This document shows, in pieces, positions 18,999 through 28,046 of a DNA stretch of 32,000 bases. The translations under genes were made by a program, and so were the position numbers. The notes under the pieces are model-generated. The model saw only the letters and a list, made by a program, of their open reading frames with translations. It searched no databases and was not told where the DNA came from. Source of the DNA: Synechococcus elongatus PCC 6301 (GTDB lineage Bacteria; Cyanobacteriota; Cyanobacteriia; Synechococcales; Synechococcaceae). The first letter of the stretch is position 1. Every line of letters starts with the position of its first letter. The stretch lies in assembly GCF_000010065.1 (NCBI RefSeq), contig NC_006576.1, positions 2,280,001-2,312,000 on the forward strand. The letters are read 5' to 3'.

Positions 18999-20894
18999 GT
19001 GCGTATTCCTCTCGATTACTACCGAATTCTCTGTGTTGGCGTGCAAGCCTCGGCAGACAAACTTGCCGAAAGCTACCGCGATCGCCTCAACCAATCGCCC
19101 TCCCATGAGTTTTCAGAGCTGGCATTGCAGGCGCGGCGGCAACTCCTCGAAGCAGCGATTGCTGAGCTGAGTGATCCCGAACAGCGCGATCGCTACGATC
19201 GCCGCTTTTTTCAGGGCGGTCTGGAAGCGATTGAACCAAGCCTAGAACTCGAAGACTGGCAGCGAATTGGAGCCCTGCTGATCCTGCTGGAATTGGGGGA
19301 ATACGATCGCGTTTCGCAACTGGCTGAGGAACTCCTGCCAGACTACGACGCGAGCGCAGAAGTACGCGATCAGTTCGCGCGGGGTGATATCGCCTTGGCG
19401 ATCGCACTATCCCAGCAATCCCTCGGTCGAGAATGCCGTCAGCAGGGTCTGTACGAACAGGCCGCCCAGCACTTTGGCCGCAGCCAGTCTGCCCTAGCCG
19501 ATCATCAGCGCTTTCCTGAACTGAGTCGAACCCTGCACCAAGAACAAGGACAGCTACGGCCCTATCGCATTTTGGAGCGGTTGGCCCAGCCCTTGACTGC
19601 CGATAGCGATCGCCAGCAGGGTTTGCTGTTGTTGCAGGCGATGTTGGACGACCGGCAGGGCATTGAAGGCCCTGGGGATGATGGCTCGGGGCTGACCCTT
19701 GATAACTTTTTGATGTTTCTCCAGCAAATTCGCGGCTATCTGACCCTGGCTGAACAGCAGTTGCTGTTTGAATCGGAAGCGCGTCGGCCCTCGCCGGCTG
19801 CGAGCTTTTTTGCCTGCTACACCCTGATTGCGCGGGGCTTTTGCGATCACCAACCCTCGTTGATCCATCGCGCCAGCTTGCTCTTGCATGAACTCAAGAG
19901 CCGCATGGATGTGCACATCGAACAGGCGATCGCCAGCCTATTGCTCGGACAGCCCGAAGAAGCTGAGGCGCTACTCGTCCAGAGCCAAGATGAGGAAACC
20001 CTCAGCCAAATCCGTGCCCTAGCCCAAGGGGAAGCCCTGATCGTCGGTTTGTGCCGATTCACGGAAACCTGGCTAGCGACCAAGGTATTTCCGGATTTCC
20101 GCGACCTCAAGGAAAGGACTGCGCCGCTGCAGCCCTACTTTGACGACCCCGATGTCCAGACCTATCTGGATGCGATCGTGGAGTTGCCGTCCGATTTGAT
20201 GCCAACGCCGCTACCCGTTGAGCCGCTTGAGGTGCGATCGTCGTTGCTGGCCAAGGAACTGCCGACCCCAGCAACGCCTGGTGTAGCTCCACCCCCTCGC
20301 CGCCGTCGCCGCGATCGCTCCGAACGTCCTGCTCGCACGGCCAAACGCTTGCCCTTGCCCTGGATTGGTTTGGGGGTTGTGGTGGTTCTCGGCGGTGGAA
20401 CAGGGGTTTGGGCTTGGCGATCGCGTTCCAATTCCACCCCGCCGACCCCGCCCCCCGTGGTTCAAACGCTGCCTGAGGCGGTACCTGCCCCTTCGCCCGC
20501 GCCAGTTACCGTTGCCCTCGATCGGGCTCAGGCTGAAACTGTGTTGCAAAACTGGTTGGCCGCTAAAGCTGCAGCCTTGGGGCCTCAATACGATCGCGAT
20601 CGCTTAGCGACGGTGCTGACCGGTGAGGTTCTGCAGACTTGGCAGGGTTTTTCTAGCCAGCAGGCCAACACCCAGCTCACATCACAGTTCGATCACAAGT
20701 TAACCGTCGACTCAGTTCAGCTCAGTGACGGTGATCAACGAGCAGTAGTCCAAGCCAAGGTCGATGAAGTTGAGCAGGTCTATCGAGGCGACCAGCTGCT
20801 CGAAACGCGCCGAGATTTGGGCTTGGTGATCCGCTACCAGCTCGTGCGCGAGAACAACATCTGGAAAATTGCTTCGATTAGTTTGGTGCGCTAG
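18999..20894 (+). CDS. ftn2: Cell-division protein Ftn2/ZipN (ARC6 homologue), with N-terminal J-like domain, Pro/Arg-rich linker, one TM helix and a C-terminal periplasmic domain
   Basis: GTG start. J-like N-terminus IPLDYYRILCVGVQASADKLAESYRDRL...DPEQRDRYDRRFF. The linker PPPRRRRRDRSERPARTAKR is followed by TM LPLPWIGLGVVVVLGGGTGVWAW and a C-terminal ARC6-like domain (AETVLQNWLAAKAAALG...NNIWKIASISLV). Confidence 0.85.
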   Translation: MRIPLDYYRILCVGVQASADKLAESYRDRLNQSPSHEFSELALQARRQLLEAAIAELSDPEQRDRYDRRFFQGGLEAIEPSLELEDWQRIGALLILLELGEYDRVSQLAEELLPDYDASAEVRDQFARGDIALAIALSQQSLGRECRQQGLYEQAAQHFGRSQSALADHQRFPELSRTLHQEQGQLRPYRILERLAQPLTADSDRQQGLLLLQAMLDDRQGIEGPGDDGSGLTLDNFLMFLQQIRGYLTLAEQQLLFESEARRPSPAASFFACYTLIARGFCDHQPSLIHRASLLLHELKSRMDVHIEQAIASLLLGQPEEAEALLVQSQDEETLSQIRALAQGEALIVGLCRFTETWLATKVFPDFRDLKERTAPLQPYFDDPDVQTYLDAIVELPSDLMPTPLPVEPLEVRSSLLAKELPTPATPGVAPPPRRRRRDRSERPARTAKRLPLPWIGLGVVVVLGGGTGVWAWRSRSNSTPPTPPPVVQTLPEAVPAPSPAPVTVALDRAQAETVLQNWLAAKAAALGPQYDRDRLATVLTGEVLQTWQGFSSQQANTQLTSQFDHKLTVDSVQLSDGDQRAVVQAKVDEVEQVYRGDQLLETRRDLGLVIRYQLVRENNIWKIASISLVR

Positions 20895-20900
20895 GAATTC

Positions 20901-20930
20901 GCAAGGGGTGAACCCCCTGCGGTCTTTTCT
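20901..20930 (+). terminator. Rho-independent terminator downstream of ftn2
   Basis: GCAAGGGG-tgaa-CCCCCTGC is an 8-bp stem with one A/C mismatch. It is followed by GGTCTTTTCT, 7 nt after the ftn2 stop. Confidence 0.55.
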
Positions 20931-20939
20931 GTAGATCCC

Positions 20940-21392
20940 CTAGAGCGATCGCAGAATGTTCAGCGATTCCTGGATGTGCGCTTGGGCATTCAAGAGTGAA
21001 TCAAAAATGTGGCGCACCTTGCCCTCTTTGTCGATCACATAAGTGACGCGACCCGGAATCACAAACAGGGTTTTGGGCACGCCATAGGTTTGACGGAGGC
21101 GATCGCCTGCATCGCTCAGCAGTTGGAAGGGCAAGTTGTATTTCTGGGCAAAGCGCTGGTGCGAATCGATTGAGTCACTGCTGACTCCTAGCACCACAGC
21201 GCCCACTTCCTGAAAAGCCGTGTAGCTATCGCGGAAGCTGCAAGCTTCGATCGTGCAGCCCGGCGTGTCGTCCTTAGGGTAAAAGTAGAGCACAACTGGC
21301 TTTTGGCCCCGAAAGTCGCTCAGGGAAACGGTTGTGCCATCCTGCGCGGGCAGTGAAAAATCGGGCGCGACATCACCAACTGCGATCGCCAT
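20940..21392 (-). CDS. bcp: Peroxiredoxin Q / bacterioferritin comigratory protein
   Basis: [51 protein letters not shown], with the PrxQ CxxxxC active site. Confidence 0.9.
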   Translation of the reverse strand: MAIAVGDVAPDFSLPAQDGTTVSLSDFRGQKPVVLYFYPKDDTPGCTIEACSFRDSYTAFQEVGAVVLGVSSDSIDSHQRFAQKYNLPFQLLSDAGDRLRQTYGVPKTLFVIPGRVTYVIDKEGKVRHIFDSLLNAQAHIQESLNILRSL

Positions 21393-21459
21393 GGGAATTC
21401 AGCCTTATTGAGGGGTCGCCCGTATCCTGACACGAATCCCCAGTGAGGGTTAAGCCTGC

Positions 21460-22356
21460 TTAGCTGTCATTCCCAGCCTGTAAGCCCCAGCGACGCCGCC
21501 AAGCGCTAGTCGATTCCAGCTTGCTCTGTTGTTGCTCACGATCGCGGCGTTGGCGAATGACTTCGGCGGTATCCTGCAACGTTGGATCGCGGTAGGGGAC
21601 GGCAGCGCGGCAGTGCAAGTGCTCCTGCTCAGCTTGAGACAGGGGAGGGAGTGGCTCCCAAGCGGCGATCGTGCCCAAGGACCAGCGATGGGCAAAGGCC
21701 GAAGCAGGGGCGGGCAGGTTGGTGATCTGTAAGCCAGCCAGCTGTAGAGCAGTGCGGACAGCGGCAGCGCGACAGTAGGTGACCAGTCGTCCCTGGGGTG
21801 CTAAACAGCGAGCCACGAGCTGTAAAAACTCCACCGTCCAGAGTTGCGGACAGCGTTTAGGCGAAAAGGGATCGAGGAAAATAGCGTCCGCTTGAAAGTT
21901 CTGGGCGATCGCCTCTTGGATTGTCTGGCGGGCATCGCCCCAAAGTAGTTGCCCCTGAAAGCGATCGCTGTCGTGACAGCCGGTCTGGGCCAGATCCCGC
22001 AGCATCTGTTGCACCGGCGGCGACCACTCCTCGATCAACTCGCTACTGACGACAGCCTGCGGGACGGTCGGATCCAGTTCCAAGCCCAGCCATTGCAAGC
22101 GCCCATCACCGGCTGCGAGAACCGACTCCAAAGCCGCTGCAGTGTTGTAACCCAGCCCGTAGCAGACATCCAAAATCCGTAGGGGCGATCGCTGGGCGGC
22201 CCAAGTACCGATCTGCAATTGCTGCACATATTTTTGTTCTGCTTCCTGACGGGCGCCCTCGCGGCTGTGAAAGGTCTCCTGAAAGGTCTCAGAGTAAAAC
22301 GTGTAGGAGCCGTCGTCCGTGGGAACGGGCGTCCAAGTTGGGGGAGCAGCGGACAT
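21460..22356 (-). CDS. SAM-dependent methyltransferase of the MnmD/MnmC-C-terminal (DUF752) type, putative tRNA mnm5s2U34 methyltransferase, with a C-terminal extension of about 70 aa
   Basis: N-terminus DDGSYTFYSETFQETFHSREGARQEAEQKYV, then ILDVCYGLGYN (SAM motif I) and DAIFLDPFSPKRCPQLWT, the pattern typical of MnmD-like proteins. Confidence 0.7.
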   Translation of the reverse strand: MSAAPPTWTPVPTDDGSYTFYSETFQETFHSREGARQEAEQKYVQQLQIGTWAAQRSPLRILDVCYGLGYNTAAALESVLAAGDGRLQWLGLELDPTVPQAVVSSELIEEWSPPVQQMLRDLAQTGCHDSDRFQGQLLWGDARQTIQEAIAQNFQADAIFLDPFSPKRCPQLWTVEFLQLVARCLAPQGRLVTYCRAAAVRTALQLAGLQITNLPAPASAFAHRWSLGTIAAWEPLPPLSQAEQEHLHCRAAVPYRDPTLQDTAEVIRQRRDREQQQSKLESTSAWRRRWGLQAGNDS

Positions 22357-22416
22357 GATCAGCGCAGCGCAATTCCTTCAGGCTGCCACGTTGATCGACG
22401 GCTCACAAGTTACGAC

Positions 22417-23676
22417 TCAGCTCGTGACAGTAGCCGAGGGTGTTGTGGGTAAAGCGGGTAAGGCAAGGGCGATCGCAGCCGCCACAGTCACCATCAGTGC
22501 CGATCCCCAGAGGCAACCGGTCAGCCCCAACCACTGGAAAATTGCCCCAGATAGTACGGTTCCGGCTAGTCGTCCCGCAGAATTCGCCATGTAGTAGAAG
22601 CCCACATCCAACGCGACCTGATCATCAGCGCTGTAGGCTAGCACCAGATATGAATGCACGGCGGAATTGACGGCGAACAGCAGACCAAACAAGGCCAGTC
22701 CCACAATCACGACAGGCCCTGCCGCCCAACCGGATTGCAGGGCGATCGCCATCCCAGCGGGTGCGATCGCTAGACCACTGCCCCAGCGCTGCACGGTCTG
22801 CGGACTTGGTGGCCGACCGGCTTCCAGCCAGCGCAAGAGAGGCGGGGCGCTTGTCTGAATCAAGCCGTAGCCGATCACCCAGAGCGCCAGAAAACCACCC
22901 GTCTGTGTGAAACTCCAGCCCAGTCCCAGCGGCGGCTCGGTGCGCAGAAAGACCGGCAAAGCGACAACGAACCAAATATCCCGCGCCCCAAACAGGAAAA
23001 AGCGAGCGGCAGAAAGAATATTGATGCCCTGAGATTTGGAGAAGAGTTGCTTGAACTTTGGCTTGCGCTTCAGTTGGCCGAGGTTGGCGGGAACACCGAA
23101 GCTACTGATCAAGACTAGGCTCAGACCCAGCGCGAGGAAATGCAGGGCACCTTGGTAGCCCAAACTTGCGAGCAACCAGCTGCCGATAAAAAAGCCCACG
23201 CCCTTCAGCGCATTTTTTGAGCCGGTAAGGACCGCCACCCATTTGAACAGGCGACCTTCAGCCTGTCGCGGCACCACAAGCCGAATCGCACTTTTGGCGC
23301 TCATCTTGGTAAGGTCTTTGGCGATGCCAGAGAGGGCTTGTGCCGCCATCACCCAAGCGATCGCGCCCCACATCGGCCAATCGCGATTCAGCCCCGATAA
23401 CAGCAGTAGCGCTGCAATTTGCAGGGTCACCCCACCGTAGAGCGTCAGTTTGAGGCCAAAACGCGCCCCAATCCAGCCGCCCAGAAAGTTAGTGACGATG
23501 CCGAAGATTTCGTAGAGCAGGAACAGGCTGGCGATTGCCAGCGGACTGTAGCCGATTTGATTGAAGTAGAGCAGGACGAGCAGCCGCAGCGCCCCATCGG
23601 TAATCGTGAAGCCCCAGTAAGCCAAGGTCACTAGGGCATAGCGGCGCAGCGCGATCGCTTCGGATGCGGAACTCAT
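22417..23676 (-). CDS. arsJ: MFS transporter of the ArsJ type (organoarsenical / 1-arseno-3-phosphoglycerate efflux permease)
   Basis: 419 aa, about 12 TM. N-terminus [58 protein letters not shown] resembles ArsJ as I recall it. Its ATG overlaps the GAPDH stop as ATGA (23673-23676), the canonical gapdh-arsJ arrangement. Confidence 0.75.
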   Translation of the reverse strand: MSSASEAIALRRYALVTLAYWGFTITDGALRLLVLLYFNQIGYSPLAIASLFLLYEIFGIVTNFLGGWIGARFGLKLTLYGGVTLQIAALLLLSGLNRDWPMWGAIAWVMAAQALSGIAKDLTKMSAKSAIRLVVPRQAEGRLFKWVAVLTGSKNALKGVGFFIGSWLLASLGYQGALHFLALGLSLVLISSFGVPANLGQLKRKPKFKQLFSKSQGINILSAARFFLFGARDIWFVVALPVFLRTEPPLGLGWSFTQTGGFLALWVIGYGLIQTSAPPLLRWLEAGRPPSPQTVQRWGSGLAIAPAGMAIALQSGWAAGPVVIVGLALFGLLFAVNSAVHSYLVLAYSADDQVALDVGFYYMANSAGRLAGTVLSGAIFQWLGLTGCLWGSALMVTVAAAIALALPALPTTPSATVTS

Positions 23677-24674
23677 ACTGCCGCCCTCGCGACTTTGCGA
23701 GCCAGTTCAGCCAGGCGATTGCTGTAGCCCCATTCGTTGTCGTACCAAGCCAAAACTTTGACCTGCGTGCCGTTAATCACGCGTGTGGACAGTGCATCCA
23801 CGATCGCCGATCGGGCATCGCCGCGATAGTCCACCGAAACCAGTGGCCGCTCTTCGTAGCCCAAGATTCCTTGCAGTGAACCACTGGAAGCCGCTTGAAA
23901 CAGGCCGCTGACCTCCGCCACCGAAGTCTCGCGCTCCAGTTCAAACACCGCATCGGTCAAGGAAGCATTGAGCAGCGGCACCCGCACGGCTAGACCGTCG
24001 AGTTTGCCTTGCAATTCCGGAAAAATTAGCCCGATCGCCGTGGCAGATCCAGTTGAAGTCGGAATCAGTGATTGACCCGCCGCGCGCGATCGCCGTAAGT
24101 CTTTGTGATAGGAATCCACGATTGATTGCGTCGCCGTTTGGTCGTGAATCGTGGTGATCAAGCCGTGGCGAATCCCGATCGCTTCCCGCAGGACTTTGAC
24201 AACGGGGGCCAGACAGTTAGTTGTGCAAGAAGCAGCGGTTAACAAACGATGCTGACTGGGGTCGTAGCGATCGTCGTTGACACCTACAACGATGTTCAGC
24301 GCTTCTTTCACGGGCGCAGAAACAATCACCGTTTGGACGCCAGCTTGAAAATGCGGCTCTAGTTTCTCTGTCGTCCGAAACTGACCGCTACACTCCAACA
24401 CCAGCTCGACACCCTGAGCTGCCCAGTCGATCGCGGTCGGCTCCTTGGCGCGGCTGTAATGCAGCGATCGCCCTTCAATCGTCAGACTGTCTACCGTCGC
24501 TGTGATCTCGCGCGACCAGCGCCCCTGGCTGGAGTCAAACTCCAACAAATGAGCGGCAGCAGCAGCCTCACCGTAGGGTTCATTGATCTGGACAAACTCC
24601 AGCTCAGGCCAGTCCCAAGCAGCTCGCAGCACCAAGCGACCGATCCGTCCAAAACCATTGATGCCAACGCGCAT
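23673..24674 (-). CDS. gap: Glyceraldehyde-3-phosphate dehydrogenase, ArsJ-associated paralogue
   Basis: [18 protein letters not shown], the active site [10 protein letters not shown] and WYDNEWGYS. The start is trimmed to ATG 24674. It is translationally coupled to arsJ and divergent from acr3. Confidence 0.9.
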   Translation of the reverse strand: MRVGINGFGRIGRLVLRAAWDWPELEFVQINEPYGEAAAAAHLLEFDSSQGRWSREITATVDSLTIEGRSLHYSRAKEPTAIDWAAQGVELVLECSGQFRTTEKLEPHFQAGVQTVIVSAPVKEALNIVVGVNDDRYDPSQHRLLTAASCTTNCLAPVVKVLREAIGIRHGLITTIHDQTATQSIVDSYHKDLRRSRAAGQSLIPTSTGSATAIGLIFPELQGKLDGLAVRVPLLNASLTDAVFELERETSVAEVSGLFQAASSGSLQGILGYEERPLVSVDYRGDARSAIVDALSTRVINGTQVKVLAWYDNEWGYSNRLAELARKVARAAV

Positions 24675-24685
24675 GGCGTCATTCC

Positions 24686-24720
24686 TTGACAGTTGCACTA
24701 CTCATCAAATTATCTTGATA
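24686..24720 (+). promoter_or_regulatory. Candidate acr3 promoter (TTGACA-N16-AATTAT) overlapped by an operator-like inverted repeat ATCAA-N6-TTGAT
   Basis: Perfect -35 hexamer at 24686-24691 and a -10-like AATTAT at 24708-24713. The inverted repeat at 24704-24719 straddles the -10 within the 87-bp gap/acr3 divergent spacer. The arms are only 5 bp, so chance is not excluded. Confidence 0.3.
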
Positions 24721-24761
24721 AGCAATGCCAGCCTGTTTTCTACAACACAAGCCCCACTCCT

Positions 24762-25823
24762 ATGACTGTTTCCTGCGATCGCGCCCCCCGCTTGGGTTTC
24801 TTTGAACGCTGGCTCAGTCTTTGGGTGGCGATCGCGATCGGATTGGGACTGCTACTGGGCCAGCGATTCCCTGCTTTCTTTGCCGGTTTAAGCCGCTGGG
24901 AAATTGCGCAGATCAACTTGCCGATCGCCGTGTTGATCTGGTGCATGATTCTGCCGATGCTGGTCGATGTCGATTTGGGTGCGGCCAAGCAACTCGGTCG
25001 CCAGCCCAAGGGTTTTATCGTCACGCTGGCGGTCAACTGGGCAATTAAGCCATTCACAATGGCACTGCTGGACTGGCTATTCCTCGGCTGGATCTTTCGG
25101 GATTGGCTCGATCCACAACTGGCGGAATCGGCGATCGCGGGCTTAATTCTCCTCGGGGCTGCACCTTGTACGGCGATGGTCGTCGTCTGGAGTCGCCTGA
25201 CGCAAGGCGATCCGACCTTCACGCTGATTCAAGTAGCGGTCAATGACCTCGTGACAGTGGTTGCCTACGCCCCAATCACGGCGCTGTTGCTGGGTCTGGC
25301 TGCAATCACTGTGCCTTGGCCGACGCTGCTTGGTTCTGTATTGCTCTATGTGGCGGTGCCGCTGTTAGTAGCGCAAGGTCTTCGCAGTCGATTACTAAAA
25401 CGAGGATCTGCCGCGCTCCGCCAGTTCGATCGCGCCTGCAAACCGTTTTCGACTCTGGGGCTGCTGCTAACCGTGCTGCTGTTGTTCGGCTTTCAGGCTT
25501 CGACTTTTTTGGCGCAGCCTCAAACGATCGCCCTCATCGCTGTACCGATTTTGCTGCAAAGTCTGCTGATTTTTGCGATCGCTTACGGGTGGGCGTGGCG
25601 TTGGAAGCTGCCCCACGGTCAGGCTGCTCCTGCTGCCTTAATCGGGACTTCGAACTTCTTTGAGCTGGCAGTCGCTGTAGCGATCAGTCTGTTTGGTCTG
25701 CAGTCCGGCGCTGCGATCGCCACAGTGGTTGGCGTGTTGGTGGAAGTGCCAATGATGCTGGTGCTTGTCGCGATCGCGAATCGCAGTCGATCTTGGTTTG
25801 GATCGAGCGAGACGGCCGCCTGA
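24762..25823 (+). CDS. acr3: Arsenite efflux transporter, ACR3 family
   Basis: LGFFERWLSLWVAIAIGLGLLLG..., ...LILLGAAPCTAMVVVWS... (conserved ACR3 Cys) and ...IGTSNFFELAVAVAISLFG. The start is trimmed to ATG 24762. Confidence 0.9.
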   Translation: MTVSCDRAPRLGFFERWLSLWVAIAIGLGLLLGQRFPAFFAGLSRWEIAQINLPIAVLIWCMILPMLVDVDLGAAKQLGRQPKGFIVTLAVNWAIKPFTMALLDWLFLGWIFRDWLDPQLAESAIAGLILLGAAPCTAMVVVWSRLTQGDPTFTLIQVAVNDLVTVVAYAPITALLLGLAAITVPWPTLLGSVLLYVAVPLLVAQGLRSRLLKRGSAALRQFDRACKPFSTLGLLLTVLLLFGFQASTFLAQPQTIALIAVPILLQSLLIFAIAYGWAWRWKLPHGQAAPAALIGTSNFFELAVAVAISLFGLQSGAAIATVVGVLVEVPMMLVLVAIANRSRSWFGSSETAA

Positions 25824-25909
25824 AGCCCCTGGTTGCTCTGCTATCGTCGCGGCCCTAGCCAACCGGAGAGAAGTGGCAGAGTGGAGAAGCACATTCCTGC
25901 GATCGCACA

Positions 25910-26650
25910 ATGTTTGGACTGTTTGGCAAGAAAACCGGTCTCCCAACTCCAGAGGAAGCCTTACCGGGTCGTGCACAAGCGATGCTGGTGCCGGCAAAAC
26001 ACTTTGTGCTTGGGACTCCGCTGGATGGCCCTTTCCCAGTCGGGATTCAACTTGCTCTCTTTGGTAACGGTTGCTTCTGGGGAACCGAGAAACAGTTTTG
26101 GCAGTTGCCCGGCGTCTATTCCACAGCGGTGGGCTACGCTGGCGGCCTAACGCCCAACCCCAACTATCGTGAGGTCTGCAGCGGCATGACCGGTCATAAC
26201 GAAGTTGTGCGGGTGGCCTACGATCCCGATCGCATCAGCTATGCCGACCTACTCAAAGCCTTTTGGGAAAGCCATGATCCCACCCAAGGGATGGGTCAAG
26301 GACCCGATCGCGGCACACAGTATCGCTCTGGCATTTACTGCTACACGCCCGAGCAAAAGCAGATTGCGCTGGCTTCTCAAGCAGCCTATCAAGCAGTCTT
26401 AAAAGCCAAGGGCTACGGTGCTATCACCACTGAGATCATTGACGCGCCGACCTTCTACTTTGCAGAGGAGTACCACCAGCAGTACCTCGATAAACCTGGC
26501 AGTCGTCCATACTGCGGTGCCCAACCCACCGGCGCTGACCTGCCCCATCCCAATCAGTGGAATCTGCCGACTGAACTCCAGTCACACCTCACTGCTCATC
26601 CCGAAGTTTGGTCGAAAAACTTTGCGGAATGCCCCGTGGTGCCCCTCTAA
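25910..26650 (+). CDS. msrA: Peptide-methionine (S)-S-oxide reductase
   Basis: [58 protein letters not shown] is near-colinear with E. coli MsrA. The C-terminus is about 30 aa longer than in E. coli. Confidence 0.95.
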   Translation: MFGLFGKKTGLPTPEEALPGRAQAMLVPAKHFVLGTPLDGPFPVGIQLALFGNGCFWGTEKQFWQLPGVYSTAVGYAGGLTPNPNYREVCSGMTGHNEVVRVAYDPDRISYADLLKAFWESHDPTQGMGQGPDRGTQYRSGIYCYTPEQKQIALASQAAYQAVLKAKGYGAITTEIIDAPTFYFAEEYHQQYLDKPGSRPYCGAQPTGADLPHPNQWNLPTELQSHLTAHPEVWSKNFAECPVVPL

Positions 26651-26768
26651 ACCCGTCCGATTCACCATCCGCGGGCTTCAGATTGGGGCTGCGGATGGCG
26701 ATCGCCTCAGATAGCAGCGATCGTTGCAACTGTATGCTTCCATGGGAGGCGACAGAGGATAGAAAGCG

Positions 26769-27011
26769 ATGAGTCTGGAGATTCCACGGCTTGGCCCCGC
26801 CAGCGATCGCAGCGGCCAACTTAACCTGCTACGGGAAGCCCGCAAAATCTATCGCGCCTACTTTGCGGCGCATCCTGACAGCGAGCAGCGACCCGTTGGA
26901 GTCGCGCTCAATCGGCGATCGGGGCGGGGTGATGTGGTTTTTGGTCGGCGTCCCATTTTGCTGCCCCAAGAATTTTTTGTGCCCCTCGATCAGCTGCAAG
27001 CTGACGCCTAG
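26769..27011 (+). CDS. Hypothetical protein (80 aa) immediately upstream of pilD
   Basis: ATG ORF with AGGA about 11 nt upstream. Its stop lies 5 nt before the pilD ATG. No family recognised, and an antisense ORF (26589-26819) overlaps its 5' end. Confidence 0.45.
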   Translation: MSLEIPRLGPASDRSGQLNLLREARKIYRAYFAAHPDSEQRPVGVALNRRSGRGDVVFGRRPILLPQEFFVPLDQLQADA

Positions 27012-27016
27012 CCATC

Positions 27017-27805
27017 ATGTTTGAAGCCGTTGCGCTGCTGTTTGTCGCAGTTTTGGGAGCCGCGATCGGGAGCTTTTTAAATGTGGTGATCTACCGATTG
27101 CCCCTCGGTCTGTCACTGCTGCATCCCCCCTCCCGCTGTCCCTACTGCCGGCGATCGCTGCGGCCGCAAGATAATCTGCCGGTTGTTGGCTGGCTAAAGC
27201 TGCGGGGGCGTTGCCATTTCTGCCAGCATCGGATTCCCGCTCGCTACCCAATTGTTGAAGCCCTAACTGCTGCTCTGTTCGTCCTGCTGGCGGTGCAGTT
27301 TGGCTGGTCTGCGGCCACGCTCGGCGGCTGGATTTTTTTCTCGTGGTTGCTTGCGCTCAGTGTCATAGACCTCGATACGATGACCCTACCCAATGTCTTG
27401 ACGGCGTCGGGGCTGGCGGTGGGTGTGGCTTTTCAGTTGGCGATCGCACCCGCAACCTGGCCCGTGACCCTGTTCTGGTCCTTGTTTGTGGCGATCGCGG
27501 CGCTATGGCTGAGTGATCTATTTCGCTGGCTGGGAGAATTCGCTCTGCGGCAGCCGGTGCTCGGGGGCGGTGACAGCAAGTTGTTGGCGCTGTTGGGTGT
27601 TTGGCTGGGCGGGCCCAAACTCCTTTTGGCACTGTTCCTTGCTTGCCTGAGTGGTGCAATCGCGGGGGGGATTGGGCGTTGGCGCGGCACCCTCAAACCC
27701 ATGCAAGCAATGCCTTTTGGCCCATTCCTGGCCTTGGGTGGGGCGATCGCTTGGATCTGGGGAGCCGAGTGGATTGATCTCTATATGCGAGTTTTGCTCT
27801 TTTAA
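27017..27805 (+). CDS. pilD: Type IV prepilin peptidase / N-methyltransferase (peptidase A24)
   Basis: IGSFLNVVIYRLP, Cys pairs CPYCRRSL...CHFCQHRI, and catalytic Asp motifs IDLDTMTLP and GGGDSKLL. Confidence 0.9.
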   Translation: MFEAVALLFVAVLGAAIGSFLNVVIYRLPLGLSLLHPPSRCPYCRRSLRPQDNLPVVGWLKLRGRCHFCQHRIPARYPIVEALTAALFVLLAVQFGWSAATLGGWIFFSWLLALSVIDLDTMTLPNVLTASGLAVGVAFQLAIAPATWPVTLFWSLFVAIAALWLSDLFRWLGEFALRQPVLGGGDSKLLALLGVWLGGPKLLLALFLACLSGAIAGGIGRWRGTLKPMQAMPFGPFLALGGAIAWIWGAEWIDLYMRVLLF

Positions 27806-28046
27806 GCTGCCTCTAATGACTATTGGTATTTTCGTGAATGAAATTAGCCTCACATCTGGCTATTTCAGGTTTTTTAGTAAGTTCGATCAAAGTATTTGGC
27901 TAAAAAACCGCTGTCACGACAACAGTAATTGCATTTTAAAATCAGCCGAAAATGATATCTCTAGCCATTGCTGACTGTTTTTCGTCCAATGCTAATAGCT
28001 GATTCATCCATCTCAAGCGGCTGGCGTTGGCTGCCTATGGGTCAAT

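Noticed and set aside
24740-25222. 160-aa minus-strand ORF
   Set aside because: It is antisense within acr3 and has no motifs.
25910-26650. MsrA C-terminal extension of about 30 aa as a novel domain
   Set aside because: The extension is short and low-complexity, and it carries a terminal Cys (AECPVV) plausibly equivalent to the recycling cysteines of other MsrA proteins. This falls within normal family variation.
27816-27974. 52-aa ATG ORF inside the AT-rich pilD/dacB spacer (MTIGIFVNEISLTSGYFRFFSKFDQSIWLKNRCHDNSNCILKSAENDISSHC)
   Set aside because: It has no SD, codon usage unlike every confident gene here and no recognisable family. It is kept only as a note inside the AT-rich-island finding.
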